Source of the DNA: a virus
Reading direction: 5' to 3' (one strand)
Length of the DNA stretch: 64,000 nt
Virus record (IMG/VR): IMGVR_UViG_3300020195_000020
Location: 1-64,000 of that record
Both the position numbers and the translations under genes were made by a program. The notes beneath the pieces are model-generated. The model ran no database searches and was not told the origin of the DNA. It saw only the letters and a program-made list of their open reading frames with translations. Each line of letters starts with the position of its first letter. The stretch's first letter is position 1. Below, piece by piece: positions 28,104 to 37,156 of the stretch.

Positions 28104-28307
28104 CTATTGGCTATACCCGAGCTCGCCGCCGGCCGGCTCGCGGGGATCGTCGCCGCTCTTCACCTGGTTGATAATGCGCACCAGGGCGCGATCGCCAATA
28201 TGCGGCGCGTGGGCCCGCAAGATCCGCTCGACCCGGCCATGCTCACGCTCTAGCGCCGCGTCGACAGCTTGATCGACTGCCGCTTGAACTTCCTCGTTGG
28301 TGGCCAT
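28104..28307 (-). CDS. Small helical hypothetical protein
   Basis: 67 aa with a GGAGG RBS. Confidence 0.6.
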   Translation of the reverse strand: MATNEEVQAAVDQAVDAALEREHGRVERILRAHAPHIGDRALVRIINQVKSGDDPREPAGGELGYSQ

Positions 28308-28376
28308 CGTCCAGCCCTCCCATGGCAGATTATCATACCCTTCCGATGGCTAGTCTCTGTTAGGGCGGCAGATGCG

Positions 28377-29369
28377 TCAACGACTGAGGCCGGCTTTTCG
28401 GCCGAACCAGCGGCGAACCAGTGCGATCGTGCGGCGTGTAAGTCCAATTCGTGGCAATTCTTGGGTGACTGCTGGCAAGCCTGGCCTGGGAAGTATTTTT
28501 GCCGCCGACTGCTGTCCGCAGATGGTGGGGTCGAGGTACTTTCGGGTCGTCTTGCCGTCCTCGTGTCCGAGCATCAATTGAGGATCGAGTCCCAGCCGCT
28601 TGCCGTGCGTTGCGGCGCTCTTGCGGAGACAGTGAAAGCGGAATTGGCGACTGCTCGGCAGGCCCGCGCGGCGCTGCACTTCGGCGTAGCGATAGTAGAT
28701 GTGGCTCTCGGAAAATGGCCAAGGAAAGACTTCGTCGCCCTTGGAGAAGGTCCGCAGCCGCCGCAGTAGCGCCACCGTCTCGGCATGCAGCTCGTAGGTC
28801 ATGTCTTTGCGTTTGCCTTTGCGGAATTCGGCCGGCACCCGCACCCAGCCGCCGTCCAGGTCGAACCATTCCCATCGCGATTTACGCAGCGGAGAAATCC
28901 GCTCGGCGGTGTCCCAGCCGAGGTTGTGCAAAGTCTCCCACCAGAGGCCCGCCGGCACGGGACCAATGTAGCCTGGCGTGGCGCGGCAGGCGGCAAACAG
29001 CGACTCGAGTTGCGGCATGGTCCAGGCCCGTGGATCGCGATCGGGCTGCACTTCCGGGTCGACGTCGGGCCATTCCTGCAGAAAGCCTTTGCGGCAGGCA
29101 AATCGCCAGATGGCCAGGAGCTGCGATCGCTCCTTGTTGGCGCTGGATGGGCTCAGGCCGCGGCCCATCATCCACGCCATGAGCCGCGAGACGTTGTCGT
29201 CGGTTAGATCGACGAGCAATGCGTCGCGCTGGAGAAAGGTGCTGAAGTTTCGCACCGAGAACGCGTACAGCCGGCGAGTGTTGTCGGCGCGGCCGCGCAA
29301 CTTCAAGGGGATGTACTGGTCCTCAAAAAACGACTTTAACGACTGTCCAGGACAAATCATTGCGTTCAC
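28377..29369 (-). CDS. int: Tyrosine recombinase/integrase
   Basis: Catalytic residues R (TAERISP), K (RKGK), HxxR (FHCLRK), H (LGH) and Y (TTRKYLDP). N-terminal SAM-like domain. Confidence 0.92.
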   Translation of the reverse strand: MNAMICPGQSLKSFFEDQYIPLKLRGRADNTRRLYAFSVRNFSTFLQRDALLVDLTDDNVSRLMAWMMGRGLSPSSANKERSQLLAIWRFACRKGFLQEWPDVDPEVQPDRDPRAWTMPQLESLFAACRATPGYIGPVPAGLWWETLHNLGWDTAERISPLRKSRWEWFDLDGGWVRVPAEFRKGKRKDMTYELHAETVALLRRLRTFSKGDEVFPWPFSESHIYYRYAEVQRRAGLPSSRQFRFHCLRKSAATHGKRLGLDPQLMLGHEDGKTTRKYLDPTICGQQSAAKILPRPGLPAVTQELPRIGLTRRTIALVRRWFGRKAGLSR

Positions 29370-29588
29370 CTGATGCCCCGGGTGCTACCCCGCCCCACCT
29401 GGGCGTTGTGCTATCCCGAACAACCCTACCACGGGTTTGGTCTCGCGCTCCTCGTAAACGACCCATCTTGGGCACTCCTCTCCTAGTTTTTCTGATCGCC
29501 AAAATGAAAAACCGGCAAAGTTTTCCAGGCCGACGCCGCATGGATCGAACAGCCCTTGCCAAGTCCTGTCCTCTCCGTTCGCTATCGC

Positions 29589-29617
29589 ACGTTAATTGGC
29601 GAGGAAATTGAAGTCAA
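29589..29617 (-). promoter_or_regulatory. Putative integrase promoter
   Basis: Minus strand reads TTGACT-17-TAACGT. Confidence 0.5.
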
Positions 29618-29825
29618 CAAGTTTGCCGAATCGCACGGGACACAGTCGCAAATCTCTGCGGAATTCCTTACGTGCTCCGCGCAATCGGCCAGTGAAAACG
29701 ATCGACGAGTTGATGGCGGCGCCAGAGTAGCCGCGCAGCGAAGTGTGAAAAAGAAAATCGGCGGGGCCGGTGCAAGCCGGGCGGCGCTGCTAACGAGCCG
29801 TTTGCAACCCCGCCGATTTTCTTGA

Positions 29826-29853
29826 TTGAAAAGTCTAATTCTTGCCTTACAAT
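29826..29853 (+). promoter_or_regulatory. Putative leaderless promoter of the HTH gene
   Basis: TTGAAA-16-TACAAT-7 nt-ATG. The spacer contains AAGTCTAA. Confidence 0.6.
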
Positions 29854-29860
29854 TGGGGCC

Positions 29861-30100
29861 ATGTCAATGTCCATCGGAACACTGCTAACGACCCAGGAAG
29901 TCGCTGACCTGTTAGGGGTTAATACCTCTCGGGTGAGCCAGCTCGTGGGTGAGGGACGGATGCGGCCCAAGCAACGGGTCGGATCCGCAATGCTGTTTGA
30001 ACGCGACGATGTGATAGCTTTCTCGAAAATACCGCGGGCGACCGGTCGCCCGAAGGATTCTGCAAAAAAAGTTCGAAGGTCTATTGCAAAGTCTAAGTGA
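29861..30100 (+). CDS. HTH_17/MerR-like DNA-binding protein (excisionase or repressor)
   Basis: LLTTQEVADLLGV...RV.QL...G and GRPK tail. Divergent from int. Confidence 0.85.
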   Translation: MSMSIGTLLTTQEVADLLGVNTSRVSQLVGEGRMRPKQRVGSAMLFERDDVIAFSKIPRATGRPKDSAKKVRRSIAKSK

Positions 30101-30112
30101 GCGCTTAGACTT
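30084..30112 (+). promoter_or_regulatory. Putative early promoter with a palindromic operator
   Basis: TTGCAA-16-TAGACT overlapped by AAGTCTAAG-N6-CTTAGACTT. Confidence 0.65.
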
Positions 30113-30397
30113 ATCCGCGTTGAGGCCAACCCGGCATGCAAACCGGCTGGTCTCTGAGTTTCGTTAGCGTCTCTTGCCCACCTCTGGGCATCCGACGCAC
30201 TGCGTTGCGTTGGTTCTAACCGTCGGTCTAAGGGCTCCCTCATTACGCCTTCACTCGGCGCGTGGCTCGTCGCCGCGCTTTAGTTGCCCCCACTCCCGCG
30301 GTTGGAACTTCGTTGGCTCGGTTGCCCAGGGGACCCGCATTTGTCCCCTGGGCCCCGGGTTCGTGTGGAACCGTCAACCGCTTGGAGGACTGCGCCA

Positions 30398-30724
30398 ATG
30401 GTTAGCTTTGAGGCGACTCCCGAGGAATTTCAGGCGATGCGCGCGATTGCCGTGCGATCGCGGAAGGTACTGACCGGCGAAAACGCCCGGTATGGCGACA
30501 CGGCCATGGACCTGTCCGCCTGCCACGCCAACGGATGCCCGTTGGATTTTGAGAAGTTGCTCGCCGCTCCCGACTTCGACTTCATCCATGACGTGCTGGG
30601 CATTCGTCGCCACCTCGATCGGGCGACGGGCAATCTGATGGATTGCTTTGTGCCGCGGTGCGCCAAGCCGGAGAAGCCGACGCGTGTCCGCCGCCGCCCG
30701 TCTCGATCCAAGGTTTCCTCGTGA
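30398..30724 (+). CDS. Conserved phage protein (DUF6874-like)
   Basis: MDL.ACHANGCPLD...LL.A.DFDF.HDV.GI.RHLDR.TG.L..CF.PR. GGAGG RBS. Confidence 0.75.
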   Translation: MVSFEATPEEFQAMRAIAVRSRKVLTGENARYGDTAMDLSACHANGCPLDFEKLLAAPDFDFIHDVLGIRRHLDRATGNLMDCFVPRCAKPEKPTRVRRRPSRSKVSS

Positions 30725-30739
30725 TTCTGGGATTAGATC

Positions 30740-30916
30740 ATGGCCAAAGTGAGCACCTCCTACGCCAAAGTCGTTGAGCACCTCGAGGAGGCCCGCTCGG
30801 TGATTGATGGTGAGGTGGATTGCGAATCGCCCGAATACCGCGCGTTGGACGAGCTCCACCGTGCGGTCGACGAGCTGCATACGGTCGTCGGGTTGATCGT
30901 CAGGGAAAACAAGTAG
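30740..30916 (+). CDS. Small helical-hairpin protein (58 aa, below the ORF-track cutoff)
   Basis: Own translation: MAKVSTSYAKVVEHLEEARS...IVRENK. Confidence 0.55.
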   Translation: MAKVSTSYAKVVEHLEEARSVIDGEVDCESPEYRALDELHRAVDELHTVVGLIVRENK

Positions 30917-30985
30917 GACCAGGTCGGCAGGATTCTTTCGAGCAAGGAACGCGGGAGCCGGTACGCCGGCCATGGATACGACGCC

Positions 30986-31291
30986 ATGCACTCGACTCAG
31001 CAGTTTCTCAATTTCGAAGGAGCGATTCCCCTGGCCCGCGCGACCGACCATGAGTCGAGCCACGCGGCGGCCGAGCGGAAGGAATCCAGCGGCTGCGCCA
31101 AGCAAGACCGGGTGCGGGTGCTGGAATCCCTGCGGAAACTCGGCAAAGCGGTGACCAGCAAGCAACTCGCGGCCGTGATGGGCGTCGACCGGTACATGAC
31201 CGCCAGGCGGTTACCGGACCTGGCCAAGATGGGCCTCGTGAAGTGCGAGGCCTACGAAGGCCGCGAGCTGATGTGGAGTGCGAAGGAGTAG
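30986..31291 (+). CDS. Winged-helix DNA-binding protein
   Basis: AR.TD..SSH.AA motif followed by T.KQLA........RRL.DL...GLV. Confidence 0.75.
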   Translation: MHSTQQFLNFEGAIPLARATDHESSHAAAERKESSGCAKQDRVRVLESLRKLGKAVTSKQLAAVMGVDRYMTARRLPDLAKMGLVKCEAYEGRELMWSAKE

Positions 31292-31355
31292 GGGCCGGCG
31301 AACGATTCGCCCGCCAGGACAGGAAGTTTCAATACCGTCAGAGAAGGAGCGCGTG

Positions 31356-31538
31356 ATGCTGGTTCTATCCAGGAAAAAGAACGAATCGATCGTGATCAAT
31401 AGCGACATCACGATCACGGTCGTCGAAATCCGCGGTGACAAGGTCCGCCTCGGCATCGAGGCACCCAAGGACATTCCCGTTCACCGCCGCGAAGTGAAGG
31501 ACGCGATCGATCGCGAGATCGCCGCCCACAAAACGTAA
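31356..31538 (+). CDS. csrA: Carbon storage regulator CsrA/RsmA
   Basis: MLVLSRKKNESIVI..DITITVVEIRGDKVRLGIEAPKDIPVHRREV. Confidence 0.97.
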   Translation: MLVLSRKKNESIVINSDITITVVEIRGDKVRLGIEAPKDIPVHRREVKDAIDREIAAHKT

Positions 31539-31689
31539 GCCAGTATGTGCCGGCCCGCGCGCGATTCTTGCCTGATCTCGCCGCGGGGCTGACGCAACCC
31601 AGGGAACCGGGTTGCTCTCACGGTGCCGGGTGAAACAGGACTGTTGATCCCGGCGACTTTTTACAAACCATCCAGACACGGGGGCGATT

Positions 31690-32634
31690 ATGGCCAAGCG
31701 AGCGAAGAAGGACGACAGCGAGCGCAAAAAGAAAAAGGTTTCGATCAAGTCACTCGATCGCAAGCCGGAAAAGAAGGGCGACCCACAGCCGCATGCCTAT
31801 CGAATCCTCGACTTCCTGCTCGAGGAGAAGCACTCAGACCTGATCAAGGCCGAGGCGCGGATTGCGATCGCCTACCAAATGTCCGCCATTCGCGAGGACA
31901 TGGATGGCACGATGGGGTTCGGCAAGGTCAAGCTGGGCAGCGATCTCGATCGAGCCTACGCCGATTACGACTTCGTGTTCATCATCCCCCACGAGCTGTG
32001 GCAGCATAGCGACGAGTACCGTCGCCACGCGATCATCGACTACCACCTGTGCGCCTGCGCCATTCGCAAGGGGCCCAGTGGCGAAGACCAGGTCGATGAT
32101 GAAGACCGGACCGTGTTCCGCGTCCGCAAGCCGATCAAGGTCTTCCCAGAGAACGTCGGCCGGTATGGGCTCTGGCAGAGTGAAAGCGTGCTGGACGCTG
32201 TCAAGCGTTACAACGACAGCCGGCGACCGCTGCTTCCCGATGATCGTCCGCGGGCCCATTCGTTCAGCGAGGGCGCTCCCAAATCGCCCAGCGAGACCAG
32301 CACCACCACGCCCGACGGCATTGCTGCCAACGACCCCGACGCCGAAGTCGACAAGGTCAACGGCAAAGCCCATACCAACGGCCACGGCGGCGCCTGGAAG
32401 GCGATCAGGGTCGAGCTGCTCGGCGATGTGCCGGCTCCGTTGCTCAAGTCGTTGCACTCGGCTGGTCTGCCGACGCTGGGCATGATCGCCCAGTTTGAAG
32501 AGTCGAACGGCCGCGAGGCGTTCAATGACTTGAAGGGCATGGGCGAAGGTCGGGCCAACATGCTCCGCGAGCTGATGGCCGATCATCGCAACGCGAACCC
32601 CAAGCTGTATCCCGAGTTGGCCGCGGCCAACTGA
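31690..32634 (+). CDS. Phage metallopeptidase-like protein with a degenerate active site and an HhH-like C-terminus
   Basis: GK.......YDFVFII....W.......R.A.IDYHLC.C pattern, with the HExxH motif altered. Confidence 0.6.
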   Translation: MAKRAKKDDSERKKKKVSIKSLDRKPEKKGDPQPHAYRILDFLLEEKHSDLIKAEARIAIAYQMSAIREDMDGTMGFGKVKLGSDLDRAYADYDFVFIIPHELWQHSDEYRRHAIIDYHLCACAIRKGPSGEDQVDDEDRTVFRVRKPIKVFPENVGRYGLWQSESVLDAVKRYNDSRRPLLPDDRPRAHSFSEGAPKSPSETSTTTPDGIAANDPDAEVDKVNGKAHTNGHGGAWKAIRVELLGDVPAPLLKSLHSAGLPTLGMIAQFEESNGREAFNDLKGMGEGRANMLRELMADHRNANPKLYPELAAAN

Positions 32635-32740
32635 GCGTATCGAGAGGCCCCGTTGGCGTCGGACCGGTTTCTATTCACCCGGCTTAAACCCGACGCCAAC
32701 GGCTCTTTTCTGCCAACCGTCACACGAGGGACTACCGAAC

Positions 32741-33289
32741 ATGCAATCTGGCAACACCGCGGCGCCGCTCCGGATGGTCGAGCTGCGCAATATCGAGATC
32801 TTCGATATTCCAGAAATCCGCCGCATACACCGGCTGTGCTTCGAGTCGATCACGTCCGAAGCCGAGCTCATGACCGAGCTCGCGGCGCCCAACCGCTGCT
32901 GCATCGCTCTCGATGAGCCGGCCCCGCGGCTGACCCTTTCCATGCGGGGCTTCCTGGTCTTCGCCCACACGCCCAACGTGCTGACGATCACGGCCATGGC
33001 TGTCTCGCCCGAATATCAGCGGGCTGGCTACGGCGCCATGCTGGTCGGCCACCTGATGCACGCGCTGGCCGAGGGAACCTGGTCGCGGATCGAGGCCTAT
33101 GTGCGCGAGAGCAACGACCGCGGGGCCTTGTTCCTGCAGCGGCTGGGGTTCCGCGCGGCCCGACTGATTCCCGGGCACTTTGCCAACCCGGTGGAAGACG
33201 CCTACCGGATGGTCTATCGCAAGCCGGCCGTGGTGAAACCGGTGGTCCGGCCCGCCGACGATGCCTGCGGAGAGGAGGGCGGTTCGTGA
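32741..33289 (+). CDS. GNAT acetyltransferase, RimI-like
   Basis: AVSPEYQRAGYG, VRESN..A-like, F.QRLGF and EDAY.M motifs. Confidence 0.9.
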   Translation: MQSGNTAAPLRMVELRNIEIFDIPEIRRIHRLCFESITSEAELMTELAAPNRCCIALDEPAPRLTLSMRGFLVFAHTPNVLTITAMAVSPEYQRAGYGAMLVGHLMHALAEGTWSRIEAYVRESNDRGALFLQRLGFRAARLIPGHFANPVEDAYRMVYRKPAVVKPVVRPADDACGEEGGS

Positions 33290-33588
33290 GCGAATACTTT
33301 GTCGCACCTGCCGACGACCTGTCCGACCAGGTGCACCTCGACGAGCTCGCCGACAAGCTCCGCGCGTGTGCGAACACCCGCGAAGTGATTCGGGTTCGCG
33401 ACGAGTACCTGGGCAGCAAGACCCCGCTCAAGCGGAAGCGGGCGATCGACTATGCCCGCGATCTCTGTTGGGAGCGTAGCCACACTCTGTTTCCGCCGCC
33501 GGCCATCGGCACCCCCGGAAAGGCTGCCGCCGATGCCGCCCTGGCCAATCGTGAACAACTAGCGCGTGAACAGGAGCCCCGATCGTGA
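33286..33588 (+). CDS. Hypothetical protein
   Basis: GGAGG RBS, GTGA overlaps on both sides. Confidence 0.6.
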   Translation: MSEYFVAPADDLSDQVHLDELADKLRACANTREVIRVRDEYLGSKTPLKRKRAIDYARDLCWERSHTLFPPPAIGTPGKAAADAALANREQLAREQEPRS

Positions 33589-34709
33589 GCACCGATACGA
33601 ATACCGCCGTCGACAACCCTGACGCCGAGCCGGCCGACGATCTAATCGTGCAACCCAAGCCGGAGTTTGCGTTGTCGGCGGAGCTGGAAGACCAGGCCAG
33701 CAAGATCGACGCGATCGTCGAAAACTGCGGGCTGGTTGCCGCCGGAGAAGTGGAGACGTTCGGCCGGGCATTGCGGCTGGCGCGCGGCATGAACCAACTC
33801 CGCGAAGTCATGAGCGGGCCGATCCTGCAGGAGCTGATGGCTCTCAAGGGCAACGTCCTGGGGTTCCGGACCGATCGCGACAAGCTCTCCGAGGAAGACC
33901 TGCGCAAGGGGAAGCGGCCTTACGACGACGACGAGATCCGCGACGCGCTCTGCGTCGGCCTGCTGAAAGGGGCTCATGCCACCAACGACGAGATCAACGT
34001 CATTGGCGGCAACTGCTACCTGACCAAGTCGTATTACACCCGCCGCATTTTGGAACTTCCCGAGCTGACCGAGCTGGCGGTGCTGCCCGGCGCGATCATG
34101 TTCAACTCGGACGGGTCTGTCGCCTATGTGACGATCGAAGCCAGTTGGAAATATCGCGGCGTGGCGGATCGCATCTTGCGCACCCGCGGCAAAGACGAGA
34201 AGGGTATTGACTATGACCATCGCATCCAAATCCGCGTCAACCGCGGCCAGGGTCCTGACGCCGTGCTGGGCAAGGCGGAAAAGAAGGTCCTGGCGGCAAT
34301 CTGGAGGCTCGTGACCGGGCGACGCCTGGAGCAAGACGCCGACTTCGACCCACCGCACGACGACAGTGTCGTCGACGCGCCCAGCACTCAGGGGTCGGAG
34401 TCGCAAATCGTCCCGGACAACCGCGGGACCTATTCCCAGGATGTCACCGAATCGGATGAATTCGGCGAAGGCAATCCGCACTACGAGGTGCTGATGCAAT
34501 ACGGCCAGATGCTCGACCTGGCACCCGAGAGCGAGCGGCCGATCGTGGCTGCTGGCAAGGCCCGGGCGTGGGCCAGAGACAAGGCCAAAGGTGCCCCGCC
34601 GGCCGTGATCTTCAAGATCGACGAAATGCACGACGAGTGCGTGAAATTGCTCCGCGAACGGAAGCGCGCACCCGTCGAAAACCAAGCGCAGGGAGCCAAC
34701 AAACAGTGA
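33585..34709 (+). CDS. Hypothetical protein, possibly an ssDNA-annealing recombinase
   Basis: 374-aa coupled ORF with an acidic tail. Function inferred from context only. Confidence 0.45.
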   Translation: MSTDTNTAVDNPDAEPADDLIVQPKPEFALSAELEDQASKIDAIVENCGLVAAGEVETFGRALRLARGMNQLREVMSGPILQELMALKGNVLGFRTDRDKLSEEDLRKGKRPYDDDEIRDALCVGLLKGAHATNDEINVIGGNCYLTKSYYTRRILELPELTELAVLPGAIMFNSDGSVAYVTIEASWKYRGVADRILRTRGKDEKGIDYDHRIQIRVNRGQGPDAVLGKAEKKVLAAIWRLVTGRRLEQDADFDPPHDDSVVDAPSTQGSESQIVPDNRGTYSQDVTESDEFGEGNPHYEVLMQYGQMLDLAPESERPIVAAGKARAWARDKAKGAPPAVIFKIDEMHDECVKLLRERKRAPVENQAQGANKQ

Positions 34710-35272
34710 TTGAAACCATCTATCTCGATATGGACGGCGTGCTGGTCGACTTCGAACGGTCGGCCTGCCGCGAGCACGGGCTCTATGTGGACGAGGTTTA
34801 CACCCGTCCGGGCTTGCTGGGCTCCTATCCGCTCTCTGCAGGGCTGAACATGACGCCCGAGGATTTTTGGGAGCCGATCCACCTGGCCGGCGCCAGCTTC
34901 TGGACCGACCTGCCCATGTACCCCTGGGCTCCGATGCTGATCGAGCGGTGCCGCGACATCGCGGAGACCGTGATTCTGAGCACGCCATGTGATCATCCCG
35001 GCAGTGCGGCCGGCAAGCTGGCCTGGCTGCATACGCAATTCGGGCCCAACTTCCGCGACTACATGCTGGGTTGGAAGAAGGAGCTGCTGGCCCGCGAGGC
35101 CACGCTACTGATCGACGACCACGAGGAAAACTGTGAAGCCTTCGCCAAGCGAGGGCAGTCAATTTTATTTCCCGGCCGCTGCAACAAGCTCCACGCGGAT
35201 CGGGCCAATCCCTGTCCGCGAGTGCTGGCGTTGCTCGATCGCCTCACCCGAGGCGAACGATTGGCCGGCTGA
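34706..35272 (+). CDS. HAD-family 5'(3')-deoxyribonucleotidase
   Basis: IYLDMDGVLVDF, FW.DLP, ILS.P, GK..WL and LLIDD motifs. Confidence 0.9.
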   Translation: MIETIYLDMDGVLVDFERSACREHGLYVDEVYTRPGLLGSYPLSAGLNMTPEDFWEPIHLAGASFWTDLPMYPWAPMLIERCRDIAETVILSTPCDHPGSAAGKLAWLHTQFGPNFRDYMLGWKKELLAREATLLIDDHEENCEAFAKRGQSILFPGRCNKLHADRANPCPRVLALLDRLTRGERLAG

Positions 35273-35350
35273 ACAAGCGCGGTGGCCCGTGACGCGAGTT
35301 GGCTCGTCGTCAACCGCGTCGCGGGCTGCTTTTAACAAGATCGAATCTCG

Positions 35351-37156
35351 ATGTTCAAAATTGCCGACAAACTGTCGCTCCCGCGGGAAGCTCTGACGCA
35401 GAAGTTTGCGTTCTTGGGGCGCTCTGGCTCTGGCAAGAGCACCGCGGCCACCGACCTGGCCGAAGAGTTCTTGGAGCACAACTATCCGATCGCCTGGATC
35501 GATCCGACCGGCGTCGCCTGGGGATTGCAGAGCAGCGCCGATGGCAAGCGGCCCGGCTACCCGGTCGTGATCTTCGGCGGCGAACATGCACACTTGCCAC
35601 TCGAGGCCACCGCCGGCCGCGTCGTGGCCGACTTCGTGGTCAAGGAGCGGATGCCGACGATCTTGGACACGTCGCTGCTGGGCGAGAACGACATGAAGCG
35701 GCTGGTGGGCGACTTTGTCGACCAGCTCTACCGGACCAACCGCGATGCTCTGCACCTGTTCGTCGACGAGGCCGATGAGTTTGCACCGCAGGGCGCCGCC
35801 GGCGGCCCGGCCGCCAAGTGCCACGGCGCCATGCAAAACGTCGTCCGCCGCGGGCGGGCCAAGGGGATCGGCGTGACGCTGATCACCCAACGGTCGGCCG
35901 TGATCGACAAGTCGATCCTCTATCAAACCGAGTGCCTGGTGGCGATGCAGCTCACCGGACCACTGGACCAGAAGGCGGTCGAGGGCTGGATCAAATATCA
36001 CGGCAGCACCGACGAGCGGGACCAGCTCATGCGGTCGCTGGCCAAGCTACCGCGCGGCGAGGGCTGGGTTTCGAGCCCTTCGTGGCTGCAAATCATTGAG
36101 CGGGTGAAGTTTAGGGCCGCGCGGACGTTTGATAGTCGACGCACCCCCGAGGCCGGCAAACCCAAGCCGCTGCCCAAGCGGATCGCAGACGTCGATCTGT
36201 CGCGGGTCGAGTCGCAGATGGCCGCCACGGTCCAGGCCGCCAAGGACAACGACCCCAGGCTGCTCAAGGCAGAGATCGCGGCCCTGAAAAAGCAATTGGC
36301 TGCCAAGCCGGCTCCCCAGCCGGCGCCGGCGCCCGAGATCAAGACCGTCGAAGTGCCAATGCTGACCGCTGCCGAGCGGAAGGTGCTGGAGCGGGTTGCT
36401 GATCGGCTGGAGAAGGTGCACGAGGTGACCAAGGCGTTCCGTGATCTGACCAAGGTTATGGACGACCGGCACGCGACCGCGCAGCGCGAGTCGAATCTGC
36501 AGCGGCCTATCTCGACCAAGTTCAACGGCGATTTAGTCCACACGGGTCGGCTCATGAGCGAAAAACGACCCTTTGCGACTGGCCTAGTTTCGCCGGCGAA
36601 CACGGTAGGTAGTCCACCGCGGCCGGCGGCCCGTGATCACGAGCCTGCCGAAGGGGTCTCGGCCCCGCAGCAACGGATCCTCGACGCGCTGGCCTGGTTG
36701 GAGTCGGCCGGAATTCACAACCCGACCGGCGTTCAGCTCGGCCCGGTCGCGATGATCGATTGCTCCGGTGGCTACTTCTCCAACCTGGCAGGCTCACTTT
36801 CGAGTGCTGGCCTGATCCAACGCGGCCGCGGAACGACGCAACTCACCACTGCCGGCCGTGCCATGGCCAACAAGCCAGAAGCGCCGCCGACGTTGGCGGA
36901 TTTTCACGAGTCGCTGCGGACACGCATTCGCCAGCTCAAGTCGGCTGGCGGCAAGACGATCGAAGTCCTGAACGTGATCATCGCCAACCGCGGGCGGACG
37001 CTGACCAGCGAACAGCTCGGGGCCGCGATCGGCGTCGACCATACGGGCGGCTACTTCTCGAACCTGATTGGCCCGCTGGGAGGCCTCGGGCTGATCGAGC
37101 GGTCGCGGGGCGAGGTGACGGCGACTGAGCTGCTATTTCCCGAGGGGCTGCAATGA
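35351..37156 (+). CDS. HerA/DUF87-like P-loop ATPase with C-terminal winged-helix repeats
   Basis: Walker A GRSGSGKS, Walker B LFVDEAD, RRGR..GIG..LITQR. Two GGYFSNL.G.L...GLI.R repeats. Confidence 0.88.
   Translation: MFKIADKLSLPREALTQKFAFLGRSGSGKSTAATDLAEEFLEHNYPIAWIDPTGVAWGLQSSADGKRPGYPVVIFGGEHAHLPLEATAGRVVADFVVKERMPTILDTSLLGENDMKRLVGDFVDQLYRTNRDALHLFVDEADEFAPQGAAGGPAAKCHGAMQNVVRRGRAKGIGVTLITQRSAVIDKSILYQTECLVAMQLTGPLDQKAVEGWIKYHGSTDERDQLMRSLAKLPRGEGWVSSPSWLQIIERVKFRAARTFDSRRTPEAGKPKPLPKRIADVDLSRVESQMAATVQAAKDNDPRLLKAEIAALKKQLAAKPAPQPAPAPEIKTVEVPMLTAAERKVLERVADRLEKVHEVTKAFRDLTKVMDDRHATAQRESNLQRPISTKFNGDLVHTGRLMSEKRPFATGLVSPANTVGSPPRPAARDHEPAEGVSAPQQRILDALAWLESAGIHNPTGVQLGPVAMIDCSGGYFSNLAGSLSSAGLIQRGRGTTQLTTAGRAMANKPEAPPTLADFHESLRTRIRQLKSAGGKTIEVLNVIIANRGRTLTSEQLGAAIGVDHTGGYFSNLIGPLGGLGLIERSRGEVTATELLFPEGLQ

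Noticed and set aside
28308-29820. attP core or tRNA fragment near the integrase
   Set aside because: No tRNA-like sequence or convincing core/arm repeats could be identified by eye. It needs comparison with a host genome.
33642-35162. Long antisense ORFs (e.g. 506 aa here, 10558-11808, 38502-39647, 55644-56882)
   Set aside because: Shadow ORFs of high-GC coding sequence opposite well-supported genes, with no motifs or RBS.
35351-37156. HerA-based defence system (Sir2-HerA/Nezha type)
   Set aside because: No effector partner. It is embedded in the phage early operon.
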